Origin: Nitrospirales bacterium | GTDB taxonomy: Bacteria; Nitrospirota; Nitrospiria; Nitrospirales; UBA8639 | Length of the DNA stretch: 64,000 bases | Assembly: GCA_965203295.1 (NCBI GenBank) | Contig: CBDBCZ010000012.1 | Location: 128,001-192,000, forward strand | Direction of reading: 5' to 3' | Part shown: positions 11,740 to 25,400 of the stretch, in pieces | Layout of the letters: every line of letters starts with the position of its first letter | How positions within the stretch are numbered: the stretch's first letter is position 1 | The notes under the pieces: model-generated | Told to the model about the DNA's origin: nothing | The model's input: only the letters and a program-made list of their open reading frames with translations | Databases searched by the model: none | Made by a program: the position numbers and the translations under genes

Positions 11740-13070
11740 AGAATTTCCTCACTGGAATTGGAAGTGGTGCAATGTGATTTACGCTTCATTTGCCGTAAGT
11801 TGTTGGTCTTCCCAGCACTTGTTTCAATTCTTTCATGAAGACAACATCCATGCTATTGCAAGAGGTGCCATTTAACATAAGTGTATGGCACTACAATGAG
11901 CATGCCACTACAACGATATGTTGTGTATGTACTGCAAACCTCATCTTTATCTCTCACACTTGCAACATTAACAGACAGTTGCTCACAGATGGAGTCTACC
12001 ACATAATCATCTGGGCAGAAATAAAGGCAGACTGAAAGCTGCTTTGAAAATACATTGATACTAAACACAGCAGTAAAATCCCCAGATAGTATTTAAAGCT
12101 GCATTTTCAGACACCGAGATAGTGTAATGGCCGGCACGGAATATGGGGAAGCTGCAGCTCCTTTGTGAGAGAGACAAGAACACCAGTATATAGTCTCACA
12201 CCTTTTACACATAGTACAACACACTACACACTATGTGCAAAAAGCTGGGGAGTGGAGACGAAAATGAGGCTATAGCTAGCTACATATAGCACACACACAC
12301 ACACCTCCACATACCAATCAAGGGGTTTGCTCTCAGGCCAAGCACTATGAGACATGTGTTCACTTTCGGTACTTCCAGAAGACTGACTGCCCCACCAGTA
12401 GTGACACCACAGGACTGGATATCTATGGCTGGGAGTTACAGAAGTAAGTGAGTGCAAGCATCATTTACCTGTTGCAGTTTAACAAGCTTACTGTCTGTTG
12501 TGGCTATATCTTTGGTTGCTGTGTGTGTGCACGCTCATTTGTAGATTGTGGATATACTGCCACTGCTAAATGCTGAAGTTTACAAAGTAGCAGAAGTGGA
12601 AGAAAGCATGGAGAGCTCATGGCTTGTGTAATAGAACTGTCGTGTTGAATATTAACATTGCAAGTGAAGAGTGAATGCTGTCAGTTTTTCAGACTAATTT
12701 TCTGTTTATTCACCACTGCTCATAATTTATATCCTCAAATGAATTCATTAACCAAAAATAATAATTTGGACGAGTAATTAGAAATTATATGGTACACTGC
12801 CACAAACAAAAGATTAAGGGGCATGCATAAATGATATGAAGGCATGATCAAGAGAGACAAAGCTAATAGCACTGCAAGGACATACAGCCAAAAGCCATGT
12901 AGTGGCCTAGCAGTGAAGGCATTGGGCTTGAGCATACACAATTCATTACATCAGCATCTCTCAGCTGGCTCACCAATAATACACTTACACTTGGCCGTGT
13001 GCATACCAGCTCAAACAAAACATACCTCGGCATAATTATAGGCTGCTTTGCTATCCACTTCTTGGAGCTA
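11740..13070 (-). pseudogene. Decayed multi-exon fragments of an unidentified, partly hydrophobic protein
   Basis: Short segments bounded by AG/GT on the minus strand with protein-like translations (VCLYFCPDDYVVDSICEQLSVNVASVRDKDE; DVVFMKELKQVLGRPTTYGK; PLHGFWLYVLAVLLALSLLIMP), interrupted by stops. No family recognised. Confidence 0.3.
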
Positions 13071-13193
13071 CAAAGTGAAACAAAAACAGTTACGGTTGTA
13101 ATCTTGGAAGTACATAAGGTCCCTTTTAACATAAACACTTATTTTGCCATTTCCAAATTTCTTGTACCCACACAAACCCACCAAATATTAGTA

Positions 13194-14298
13194 CAGTGGA
13201 GTCTCAATTATCCAAACCTTGATTATCCGGCACCTCGATTATCTAGATTGAAAAGTTGTAATGAAGTTCAGAGATCAAAGTGCATGTGCATTGACTAGCT
13301 AGTCTCTTCAAGAGTTTCTTCGAGTTTCTTTGTTCCTTTTGCAGTTCAAGGCTACTACAAAGCATAAAAGAGTTGTTCTGTTGATTGCTTCGATAAAAGT
13401 AGAGGTGATAAAACTGCTGGAAAAGTCTGTTTCTTACACTGTAAAAAGTGAGAAGCATGGGATAGAAAGGAGCACTGATGCTGATATTAAAAAAGAACCG
13501 AGAGAAGATCCTTGGTTTCAAGAGTGAGATGGTAAGCATGGAAATGAGTAGGAAAGCCAAAGTTAGGTAATGACAAGAAGCTAGACAAGGCAGAGTAAAG
13601 TATCTGTGGTTTAGGCAGAAGGGGATGGAGGGAGCCCCGGTCAGTGGACCAATGCTGTGTGAGAAGGCTGTTGAGCTCAGCAAACTTCTACATAGAGAAG
13701 CAGCAGGATTCAGTGGAAGTGAAGGATGAAAGTGGAGGTTTTGCAAAAGGCATGGGATCCAAATTCTCTCTGTTTAGAAAGAGAAGCTTTCAGTTGACAA
13801 GGAAGCAGCTAATCATAATCAGGTCTTCAACTGTGATGAAACTGGTTTAAACGTTCAAATCCCACCAGATGTCACTATGGCTACATCATTCGAAAAGATA
13901 AATGATGAAAAAAAAAGGCGAAGGAACATGTCTATCTGAATGTATGCAGTAACATTTTGAGCACCACATGGCTACCTCTCCATTTGCTCGGTAAGGCACA
14001 ACGTCCACAGTGTTTCAAGGATTGAAGATGGATCTATTGACAGGGAAGTAATCTGGCCAAAAAACATCTTGGATAACCACCGACTTCTTTCTAGACTGGT
14101 TCCATCATAATTTTGTCCTATACATCAAAGAAAAGCTTGGTGAAGAACCCAGTGCAATACTAGTTCTGGATAATTGCTCAGCCCATCCAGATGCCGCAGA
14201 GTTATAACGATAAAATCTTTGGTAAATTTTTACCACCTAATGTGAGCTGTCTCATCCAACCTATGGATCAAGGTGTTCGGATAATAGAGGTTCCACTG
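13194..14298 (+). mobile_element. Tigger/pogo (CENP-B-like DDD) DNA transposon relic, frameshifted
   Basis: TA-flanked TIRs CAGTGGAGTCTCAATTATCCAAAC / GTTCGGATAATAGAGGTTCCACTG. Fragments read KHKRVVL..KVEVIKLLEK (HTH-psq), YLWFRQKGMEGAPVSGPMLCEKA (CENP-B HTH), VFNCDETGL, LVLDNCSAHP and FLPPNVSCLIQPMDQGV. Confidence 0.93.
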
Positions 14299-15459
14299 TA
14301 CCCTCAAGCTACTGCATCAAGCAGATACATGTATCATATGGATTTGTCCAGGTGTGAGTTGTGTTCATGTGTAGGTATGTGACGAAAACCAAAGCCGCAT
14401 GCGTGCACTCCCGCATATACTTTAACCTATGACCTATTAATGTAACAAGTTTGACATTTCATGTCTAAAAAAAACACCTGGGAACCTTTCCCATACAGTA
14501 CACACAACTCAGCTCAGGCCAAGCTAACTGCAGCTGTAAAACTACAACTTATAGCTACAATAGCCTTTAGGCATCCTGCAAAAACTGATAAGCAATCCAA
14601 CGCAGTACAGTGAAAGTGTTGACTTGGCAGTCTTGTTGTGCGCTTACAGATAGTAGCTATACATAACGAAAACAGAATTTTAACAGCTGCCTACCATATT
14701 TTCGCCGTCTTGGCAACACAGTGAACACACAAATACCTCCATTTGCTATAGCTTGGCCTACAACCTACTATATACTGCAGTTGCACAGTAACGTATGGCA
14801 TACTGTATTGCACACGTGATAAGTGTGGACGCACAAACAAACAAATAAACGCAAAAAATGTAAAGCAATCTTAGGATACTTGCTCCTTCTTGCAAATAGT
14901 ATAAGATGACACTTACTTTTTCTACGCAATAATAAACTTCGATGTACTTTTAAGTCGTGACCAGTGAACGTAAAAGCACATGCTCAGACTGAAGTATTAG
15001 ATCAAGATCATACCTGCTCTTTCCAGCGAATAGTACAAGACAGTGCTCACCTTTCCAGCGACATTAGACAATGATAAATCAGTGATGTAGCTACTGACAG
15101 TCTTTCACTCTTGCTACGATTACTGTGATTGAGTGTTTCGCAACTTGTAGCCAAGATTTTGTGTCTTGACAGTCTGTATTTGATGCTAGTTGGTCATTTC
15201 CTCCAGGGAACATATATACGCCTTGGGGTACAAATACACCACTTACTACATACTTCCAAGTACAAGGCGTATATATGTACATGCAGTAAGAATAGAAATG
15301 GTTAAGCTATCAGACAAGTATACAAGTTTACCTTAGTATTGAGCTCAGCTATTCTGGATGTGAAGTGCTTCCTAATCATATCTTCTCTTAATGCCTCATC
15401 ACTCAGTTCCTGTGATGTAAAGACGGAGTGCATGCCTTATAAATTCAAACAACTTTACG

Positions 15460-15810
15460 TACATTTGTATTTGTACCATAGTTGTAAGTCACTTGAAAGG
15501 CACCGCCATAGTGTACAAACCCCATGTACTTAGGCGGTGCCTTTCAAGCCAGGGTACATCCATGTACCCCAGGGTACATGAGGGTTGCTGGGCAACTGTA
15601 GCTTCTTCTCAAAACTGTGAAACAATTAGCGGGTACTATAAAAGCTACTATGGCACAAGTCATCTGTACCATGGGTTTCTAAGGTGTATGGGATTTGTAC
15701 CCTCGTGCAGTAGTATGTCTTCCCTTGGGCTTCGCCCTCGGGTACAAATCCCATACACCTTGAAACCCATGGTACAAATATAACATGTATCACAGCTATT
15801 GTGCTATACA
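15460..15810. mobile_element. Hairpin element of the same Crypton-like class
   Basis: Hairpin CTTGAAAGGCACCGCC/GGCGGTGCCTTTCAAG at 15492-15548. Long hairpin TGTACCATGGGTTTC.AAGGTGTATGGGATTTGTACCC ... GGGCTTCGCCCTCGGGTACAAATCCCATACACCTTGAAACCCATGGTACA at ~15665-15777. Confidence 0.6.
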
Positions 15811-17214
15811 CTCTAGTAAAAATTGATAGCTACATGCAGTATCATGCACACTCAGTGCATCAGACCTTAGCACATACGTATTATACTTGTATCAGGTCTT
15901 ATTAGTTGCACCAGCTCCTTCCTCTGCAGAGCTGCTCACATTTGAAGATGCCAACTTATTGACCAAGCTCTTTTATGCTAACAGTGGCAGTGCACACGAC
16001 AATTACATCTTGTGCATCACCGCATGCAAATTAATTTACCTAATGCATTTCATTAGTGTCTGAGTAGAACGTGCTGTGAGTGTTTAGTAGACAAAACAGC
16101 TATTGGTGACTCCCAGCCATGGAAGAATTTGTGTGGTCTTTATATGAATGCAAAAGAAGCCAATGCATTGAATTTTCAGCTGTTCTAAACCAGGAAGTGT
16201 AGACAGCAAGTCTTGAGTGTACTAGCAAGCCTTAGCATGGTAGCTAGAACCTTTCCGTGCTGCTTATGTCCCCACTTATGAAGTAGAGTGGTTAGATGGA
16301 TAGTCCATGCCTTGAATACGGCCACTGAAAGCCTTAGTGCTTGATCCTGCAAGTGCTCTATGTACCGTGTATCAACGATCTGGCTGTTACTTGTGTGTTT
16401 GTTGTTCGAAATGACTTCCAGCATTTAGGTCATGAATATCTATTTGTAGTTACAGGCCTCTCGCATGCAAGGAGCTAAGGCTACTATGGACCATTCTGCT
16501 GTGGCTATATGTTTCCATTAGGCTCATCACTACCTGAATTGTCTTTCCATCCTTAATTAGTGAAGTAATTACAGGCCCATGTAGAAGTTACGCGCCTTCC
16601 TTTGGGGGTGAGGACATTTTCCTCTGGTATATAGTAGTGTATATGTGTAGTACCTACATTTGGTGTATGTTATATATGCATACATAGTCAGCAAACTATT
16701 GATTGATAGTACCATTAGCCTTGACGATTGCGGTTACCTGAAAAACCACAACCTTCTACTCCGTTGACCTAATCTCACAACTACATGTATCTAAATAGCT
16801 CACCTCTTCAACACCAATTGCTGCTAGTGAACCAACCTGGAATTAAGGATTAAGCAAGGAGATCATTGCAATTCGTATTAGGTTAACCAATTATCAATAA
16901 TACACAAGAGAGCAGAGATTTTAACTTTAAGGTAGCCTTATTCGCAGTCTCCACTGCCAATGTTTCTTTGCATAATGAAAAAGACAAAACAAAAAAACAC
17001 CGCCCCTACTAGTTTATATGGCAAAAAAAGGTGGTAGTAAAAACTGGGAAGCAGAGAAGTGAACATTGCATGATAGAAATGATTAAGTTATATTAGCTAT
17101 GGGGATTCAAGCAGCACAGCTCATCTTTCTATCTTCACCGATGGATGTGGGCCTTATTTGTACTTACTGAGCTCAAATTAACATGTTAAACAGAACAAGC
17201 TGTAGTTGGTGGTT

Positions 17215-18905
17215 TAGCTACACGTATGAAGAACAGTCATTGAGATGAGCAGGAAGAGAGTTCCAGAGCAAAGGAGTGGAGGAGAGCAGAAGTGCAAGTG
17301 GAAGGAACATGCAAATTTCTAGGGTGGTAGGAATCAGGAAGGCGGTTGGATAGAGAAAGCATTAGGAGGAGAGTAAACATAGCTATTAAGAATTTAGTTG
17401 AGGAGATAGAGAAGGTCAGTTAAAGTGGCGAAGAAGGGAAAAGTAAGAAGATGAGCTTTTGGAACCGAGCTAAAGAGCGAAATATTGACATTGAACTTTC
17501 TCAAGAGAAGGAATGGAAGCAGAACTGTTCTATCTCGTTCTGTTCTCTTCAAGCTCTATGTCCCGCTCATTCGTCCACATCTTGAAAAATAATGAAAGAG
17601 GAGACCAATCCGTCTTCTAGATTTACAGCAAATAGGCTGACTATGGGAAAACCAGGAAAAATCAGAAGAAACAGTAACACCAAAGTATTTGTACGTTGAG
17701 ACAAAGAGAGGGGAGAGAAGATAGGCAAGAAACTTAGTTTTAGAAGAATTAATGATAAGTGAACGAGAGGATATCTAAGAAGAAATAGGATCGATGTTAC
17801 ATGGAATAAGCAGAAGCAGAACTGCACGGTTGAAATAAAAGAAAGTCGTAAGCATACATAACTAATCTGGCAGAGGAAGAGAGAGGAAGAACATTAATGA
17901 AAATATTAAACAGAAGGGGACCAAGAACAGAGCCCTGGGGAACACCAGAGAGAACACAAAATTTAAAAGAAGAATAACCATTAATAACTACTTGTTGGTA
18001 CCTATTAAGCAAACAATTACATGTATGTAACCAGAAGATGAGGTAGTGCTGTGAACCTGGATGAAAAATATAACCACTTAACTGCACTGCCGATTAACCA
18101 GTTAACTGAACTTTTTTACCTCAGCTGGCTGAACAATAGCAACCAGTAAACTTTGGACGAGTTGCAGACAAAGAGCTTACTGTAGCTGAGTGATGCTTCA
18201 TCCGTAGGTGATTCTTGAATGTGCCCCACCATTGGGAACTTTCTGACTGCATACGTAACTTACAGATTGCGCGGCTGTCCTCGAGTAACTTACCACTGTC
18301 ATCTTTCGCGAAACCAATGTGCTTCCATACAACGGAGGTCCTACTGAACGGAGAAATAACCATGGGGCCGGGGATGCGACAGAGCTAGAGCTCAACGATG
18401 ATGTCGATGGTGACTGACTACCCAGGCTAGCATCCATCTTCGACTACACTATACTGTCATACGTAGTTAAGTAATATACACATGCACACAGTTCACTCGA
18501 TGGTGGCTATTTCAAACCAATAACCTATAGAATGATTTTAACTGGTCAATTAACTGGTTAACTGTAACCAGTTCACAGCACTAAGATAAGGTGAGGAGGA
18601 AACCAGAAAGAACAGAAAGTATTGAGGAGATGATGCGGAACAGAATAAAAGGCCTTACAAAGATAAAAAAAAAGCACAAGAGTTGTGTGAATCAAGTAAA
18701 GAAACCCATTTGTGAGTGACAGAGAGGAGAGTAGATACAGTAGAAAAACCAGGACAACAACCAAACCGAGAATTGGAAATGAGATGATGGTAAGTACAAT
18801 AATCAATAAATAACAAAGTGGCACTCTATTACTATAAGAAGTAGAGAACTAGGACAATAATTGGAGAGAGAAGATGAAGGGGTTTTAGATTTAGGAATAA
18901 AAATA
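17215..18905 (-). mobile_element. Non-LTR retrotransposon (CR1/L2-like LINE) RT fragment, degenerate, split by a hAT insertion
   Basis: LCKAFYSVPH (DLxKAFDSVPH-like) at ~18630-18665. QQVVING...SGVPQGSVLGPLLFNIFIN...MYAYD (YADD-like) at ~17840-18000. Pyrimidine-rich coding strand. Boundaries approximate. Confidence 0.88.
18044..18583 (-). mobile_element. hAT-family internal-deletion derivative with BED zinc-finger remnant
   Basis: TIRs TAGTGCTGTGAAC / GTTCACAGCACTA. 8-bp TSD AGATGAGG (18036-18043) / AGATAAGG (18584-18591). Subterminal TAAC repeats. Translation SVVWKHIGFAKDDSGKLLEDSRAICKL...NHLRMKH. Confidence 0.9.
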
Positions 18906-18909
18906 TACT

Positions 18910-21900
18910 CACGCCACTGCCATAGCGCTTACGCCATTGGCCATGCACCCACATACGTACGCAGGCAAAGCTTTTAAGATCTCCAGTCAAAGGACAAGGT
19001 TTACTTGATTGGTTGTCCAGTTTGCATTTACCATGTTTACTGCCTACAGAAGTGTAAACAGTGAATTTGAGTCTTACATCAATCTTCATATGGGATTCTG
19101 TGCAGATGAACTGGACACTTTCAGACTTGGTTTGTAAATTCTATTGATGATATTTTGTGGTACATGTACATGTACATTGATGGACAATATTTAAAGTTTT
19201 AAGGCCGACACAAGCATAGAAAAGTTCCACTGATTCCCAACAAGGGCATCCTTTGGCAGGAGAACAGAAAGAAAAAGACCAGACTGAAAGCATAGACAAG
19301 GATACTGTCACCATGATGATAGGAGTCCTATGCACTAGTACATACAGCATGAGACCACATAGGACAAGCATAGATTACATCATGCTCTCTAAAGAAATGG
19401 CTATCTACTGCGCAGAAGAGAGAGACATTAAAACAAACTGAACATGATGTATTGGAAATTATAATGCACACTGTGGTATTGAGGAAAGTAGCTAACATAA
19501 TTTTAGGTATAGATAACAATAGCAGGTCATAAATTGATTCCCTTAACAACTGTGCTTATACTGATAATCATACTTCACCCGATGTAAGCCATCTATAAAC
19601 ATGTACATATATAATTACGCAATTCAACAGAGCAAAACGTACTGAACTGGACAGTGGCTGAGCTGGAAGGTTGCCAGCAACTGAAGTCTGGTGGCAGAAG
19701 GTGATGTGTGCATTGCAAATACATGTACACTTGGTAAGCATAGAAGAAATGATAAAAGACAAGCACCAAGAAGTATGTTACTGGTTACAGCATTTCTAGT
19801 TTGTCATATGTGATCTAGTGTGCCCTGTTAGTCTATGTCCATAAATTGACACATAGTGAAATGCCGCCGATGTTTTAGAACTAGAACACTGAATGAAAAA
19901 AGCAGATGAATTGTCACATAGTGCATATGCTGCCAATGCTTTATATAAAACTCGAACACTGACTGGAAAGAGCAGCTGAATTGACACATAGTGAATATGC
20001 TGCCGATGTTTTAGAACTCGCTGAAATTTGCATAGTGCAGATGCAGGCCATTCTAAACTCGCTAGGACTTTACCTGAATGGAGACGACACAAGCAAGCCC
20101 TGGAGATGTTTAATTTGTATGGTTGTTCCATGCATTGTACTAGGGCCTATTGTCCCACACTAATTTGTAGACAGTATATACGTGTGAGTGTATATAGTGT
20201 GCTGGACAAGTGTTGTCACTGCTGCTGAGTTACAAGTGTTGGCAACGCCAAATGTTACACCATGTGTCAGTATCACTGAGCATTTTAGGATGCATCCTAA
20301 AAATGCTCAGTGACACTAAGAGAGAGATATATACCTCTGACTAGCTATATAGCATACGCTACAGCAATTAAGATAAGCTTAATCACATTCATGAACACGT
20401 GTGGTCTAGAGGCCTTGCAAGTGCACGTTGCAAGATGCCTGTACATGTTACATGTACGTACGGCGAATAGGCGGCAATGGCTGTGCGTATCCTTGTGATA
20501 TCAATTTTGCATATCTTAATACGTAGAGTACTAGATAAATTATAGAGCATGCTCATACCTTGCTCTGTTGTCAGCGCATCGAAGACAAGGCTTCCTTTTA
20601 GCTGCCAGTATGCCATACAACTAGCCCCAAGGGCACAGTGTTATGCTGTAACATACACTGCCCTATCTCAAGTACGTCAGAGCTCTAGGCTAGCTGCATC
20701 CCCCATGGCCCAGGTCTGCCCTCACTGATCTGCATAAATACCTCTGTATTATGCTATCAGATAACTTGCAAGTGCCACTAGCTAGATTGTTTTGCAACCA
20801 TTGGAACGGTAGAGCCACATATAAAAGGGTCCAACCCATTCTAAAGTTCCGTGGGCAATGGCCTAAATTATAGGAACAGCTGAGCACGTATGAAGTTGTG
20901 GGACAGGAGGGGACAAGAAGGTTCTATTTCTTATAAGTACGTTCCCATCTGTTAAGGAATGCGTGAACTGGGTACCCACAGGGGCTTATGAGCGTCGGGT
21001 TCATGTACCCAGGATGGTGAAATACTACCAAGGCCTGCACAAGAGCCAGAGTGGTACTCTCCACCCCTGGGTTAATTAGTTGTGTCCATCTTGTTTGTCA
21101 GCTCAAAATTCTATACAAGCTTGGCCAGCTTGTATGGTGCAAGCGAGTGCTCGAGTGCAAGTTAATAACCTCGTAGATCTACTAAAAGATCAGAAGAACA
21201 CAGGAACTTGAACAGTATGAAGGCGAGTGTAGTATTACCGTAAAATTATGAACTCCTCATTAGTAGGGACCCCAAAATCAGTGCCATATTATCTTAATGA
21301 GTATTGTTAAATTCCATACAGAACTCCCAGGGAGACTAGTCAATTAATGGCTGATTGGACACACCTCGTTAAATGCACACACACAATATTAATTGAACAT
21401 GAGTATAATATTGCTATGCTTACGTAAGAATAGTATTACACATGTAAAAATTATGGCACAATCTTTAATTGTGCTCTCAAAACATCTGTGGTATTGAACT
21501 ACGTAGCTAATTCATAGACCTGCAAAATTTGGTGCTGTACATTAGAGATCTAACACACATTAAACGCATGCTGTGCATTAGATACTATCTGGCATAACTA
21601 TTTTGGGAGTGAATTCTGTGTGTTATCTAGCTAATAGCTGGATAGCTATGACCAAATGTTTCAAGGCTAGCTGTCTAGTTTGAAAATAAAGGGTAGCTAC
21701 CTTGTATGTTATCTGACCCCACATGCATGCACACATGTTCATGCATGTATGTATGCATAGTTCCCTCTCCAGACTCTGATTCTAGTTTGTGTTGTAATTG
21801 TGGTGCACGCTGTACCTGAGATTAATTCCGAGCAAAGCAAGGCTATACTCCGGCTCCATTGACCCTTTTTGTCGTTGTCGTCGTCATGGTGGGCACCGTC

Positions 21901-22450
21901 CCTCCCAGCCACTTCACCAGACATGGAGCCTACCAAACTCGCAGTGCAAACACTTACCTTCGGTATAAGATTCTGTATGGGAGTCCTGAAAGCGCTCACT
22001 ACTACAGCGAGCCTGCTTCAACCTGCGGTCTGCCAGGTGCATTATTGCACGTAGCCATTCTGTGTAGTGGGTGGGTTATTGTAGGCGTACCCTGTTCCAT
22101 TGACCTTTATCTTTGTGGTAGGCGAGCCACAAAATAAAAAGCCACACCCAGCAATTCTTGCCAAGCGAGGACATCCCTGCACATTGTGCATCACTAATTA
22201 TTAATATCCAATGAAGTACATGTACATGTAGCATTCAGTGGATGTCTCTTTTGAAGTTCAAGACCTCAATTATGGCATGCAACACCATAAATTCCATGTC
22301 CCTGTAGCATGTTACTGGTTTAACCAAAGTACGCAGGGTTGTGCATAGCAGTAAAGATATTGGAGAACCCGTTTAAAATTCTAACAGCAGGCCATTTTAC
22401 ACAACTCTGATAGTCTAACAGTAGCAACAAAGTCATCAGCACTGCATGGT
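18910..22450 (-). pseudogene. Further decayed exon-like fragments (unidentified, hydrophobic segments)
   Basis: AG..GT-bounded segments with GTAAGT/GTGAGT donors (near 21958 and 18912). Translations include YFLVLVFYHFFYAYQVYMYLQC, DSILVYAFSLVFFFLFSC and VLMTLLLLLDYQSCVKWPAVRILNGFSNIF. Stops are present. Confidence 0.25.
19843..20020. repeat. ~67-bp tandem repeat, about 3 copies
   Basis: AATTG(A/T)CACATAGTG.A.ATGC.GCC.ATG.TTTA at 19843, 19909 and 19979. Confidence 0.75.
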
Positions 22451-25400
22451 AGCAAAATGTTTCAGTTGTCTTAGCTATACGTATCTAAAAACACACAGCC
22501 TCAAGGACACTGTACAACAATGTAATGAGAGAATTCATTACGTTATCGTTTTTCAGAGTGAAGGTCTTTTACAGCTCTCTCCCTGGCAGATGGACATCTT
22601 CGATACGACACTGGGCCAAAGACTTGTGACCTAGTTGACACACTGAGATATACTGCACACTAAGTCTTATTGATTAAGTATAATCTGCAGAGGAATGATG
22701 CTCACTGTTCTCTGGAACAATCTTCACTACGTACTTCAATTCAACTATGCAACGTACGTATTGATTCAAACTGGACCTATTGGCACACAAAACTGGAACA
22801 CTATTACGAGCAGAATGCAGTTCTACTGCAGATGGATTACCGGGGGGGTGTAAGAGTTATAAATTTAGTGTTTCATTTCCTTATACTGGAAGATACTAAA
22901 TTCCAAATTTAGTTCTACTGGATAGCAGGCATTTTTTTGAGTTTAGTGTTTCATTTTGTATACTAGAAGGTCAAATTTGGACTGAAAATTGATTTTGAAA
23001 TTGTGAAGATTGCCCTGGGGGACCACAAAAACCATTCTGTCAAAAAAATCTGGTTTTGGATTAATCATATGAACTATACAGGTTGCAGGTTTTCATATGC
23101 TGAACTAGCAAACGTCCTTCAATTGCAAGGGGGTCTGTGGGCATGTCTCCCCCTCATAATTCTCTATTTAACACTTCCCTGAGATTGAAAAATAAGTAAC
23201 CACCTACGTAGCATCAAAAAAGTTTCGTAACTACAGTAACTTTAAAAGCAATGTCATACCTTGAGAGAGGGGGTGCGGAGGCATGTCTCCTATGGGTAAA
23301 GGTCTGTACTTGGGGCAGCAGGCCAGTGTGATCTTTGTACTGTTCACTGTGTTGCTGTGCCAGCTGAGTACAATTCAAATGTTATTGGAAGTTCATTGTC
23401 AATACTAAATTGCTGAGCACTATAGGCTCAGAATGTCAAGTAGCATGCATAGTTACATTCGAAAAATGAAAGAACGTACGGGGATGAATCCCCCCAAAAA
23501 GTAGCGTACAAGGCAGGAACACACCACACTACTTTTCAGATTGCCATCTCTAGATACATCTGACATGTCCAACCACGCCTCAGTGATGATTTCAGCAAAA
23601 GCCAGGAACAATTAACCCAAGGACAGTTAATACAGAGGCTTGCAATGAACAGGTAGTTGCTATTTACACAAAGGGTCTACACTGGGGATTAATAATGCAT
23701 GTGTAATATATGTATGTTATGACACTGAGCTGCATACATGCATGCATTCTCATTGCTAATGGCCTTCCCATATCAATTAAGTGCAGTGCAGGCTGGTTGG
23801 TGAATTTTTAAGGCACCATAATCAGATTTGTTTTCATACATAATCATATCTCTCAGCATCCAATATATTGACTTTATACCACCACTTAATTTTGCATCTA
23901 TCCCTCCTGTCTTTCAAAGATTCTAACCCCATATCCCCCTACTGCTTCATTGCACGTTTTAGAAGAGCAGTCAAGTATTTTTTAGCTGCTCCTAGCTGAG
24001 TAGATTCCAAGGAAGCTGTCTGCCTTTTATTACAAGCCCACACTATTCTAAGTAGGACTAAGTACCGAAACTAGCAATAACCTTCTTGCAACTGTACTGA
24101 TATTCCTATGACTTAAAAACCTACGTAATTGATTCAATTTTCTCTCCTATATTCATTGTATCTACCTGCACACTACCTGAGACCAGCAACAAGTTGTAAT
24201 CTGCAACTATATAATGAATGACAGAATTCTGCTTCATACAAGGCTATACGTACATACCTTACTGAATGTCAGCACATGTTCTTCTTGCTGCAGTATGGTT
24301 GAGAGAGTATGGCATACTCTGCACCCAGTGGTCACGCTTGGTGACTGTAGTAGGCCTATAGAATTGATTATTGTCATATTTTCAATGTCAGCTATTCAGT
24401 TCTGCCTTCTAAAATTAGGGTATATAACCAAGGAGAGTAGCCAACATCAAGTGTGCATGCTGCTGGCTGCTGTAGCTAAGTGCTGGTGGCTACTTGATAT
24501 GTATTCATAAACTCGATACTTTGAGTGAAATCTATTACCTACAGCTAATAGTTTGAGATGACATAATCACTGTAGCTTTAAGCACTAGACTCTGGGAGAA
24601 TAGCTGTTTGTGCAGATTTCAGACAAGTGCAAGAAAGAGTGGGGAAGTGTTCAGAGGAATATACGAGCGGGCTGCACACACTCTCAATAACTGAAAGAGT
24701 GACAATTAGTGCTATTGCTATATCCTGCCAGACACCATTACAGCACATATGTTGCAGGGTTTCATACACAGAGTAAAAGTTCCCGCAAAATGGTGAAGGC
24801 GAGTCTAATTTTTTTTTCACCTCGGGAGCATTATTTCTTACTTCAAGTAGAACAGCAGATCTTGGCAATAAAGTTGCAAACATTCTCCCAAACATTAATT
24901 GTTGCCTGAGCCTTTGGTTATTGGTTGTCCTAAAAAAAGGGCAGTATTATTTATACCTCACACCATGAAACTTGGATAAATGTGTTGGAAACAAGAATAC
25001 TCATCAAGGGGTAGTTCTCAAGCATCTACCCTCAAGATATTGGTGTCAGCTTTAGCTATAAATTATCGGAGAGATACTTCTCAGACCGAGTTGATGTACC
25101 CCAGAATATACTTCAGACACTGAAGTAGTATGTAAGAATATTAGCTAAAGAAACACTTTACCTTGAAATAGAGAAGGATAGTTCAACAAAAGTCATGCCA
25201 CTCTCGCTAGCCGTCCTCTTTAGTGGTTTCCTGCTAGAGTTTAGGCTCTCCTGACGACTGCAGAGTACCAATGAAAACATCATTGATGAATTTCCCATAC
25301 AATGAACGGTAGATGTATTATAAATGCAAATGAAGATATTGATCATGAGAACCTACGTTACTCTGCAAACATGTACACCATATTTTGTTACCTTACAACA

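Noticed and set aside
13243..13746. 167-aa minus-strand ORF
   Set aside because: It is the antisense shadow of the Tigger transposase relic.
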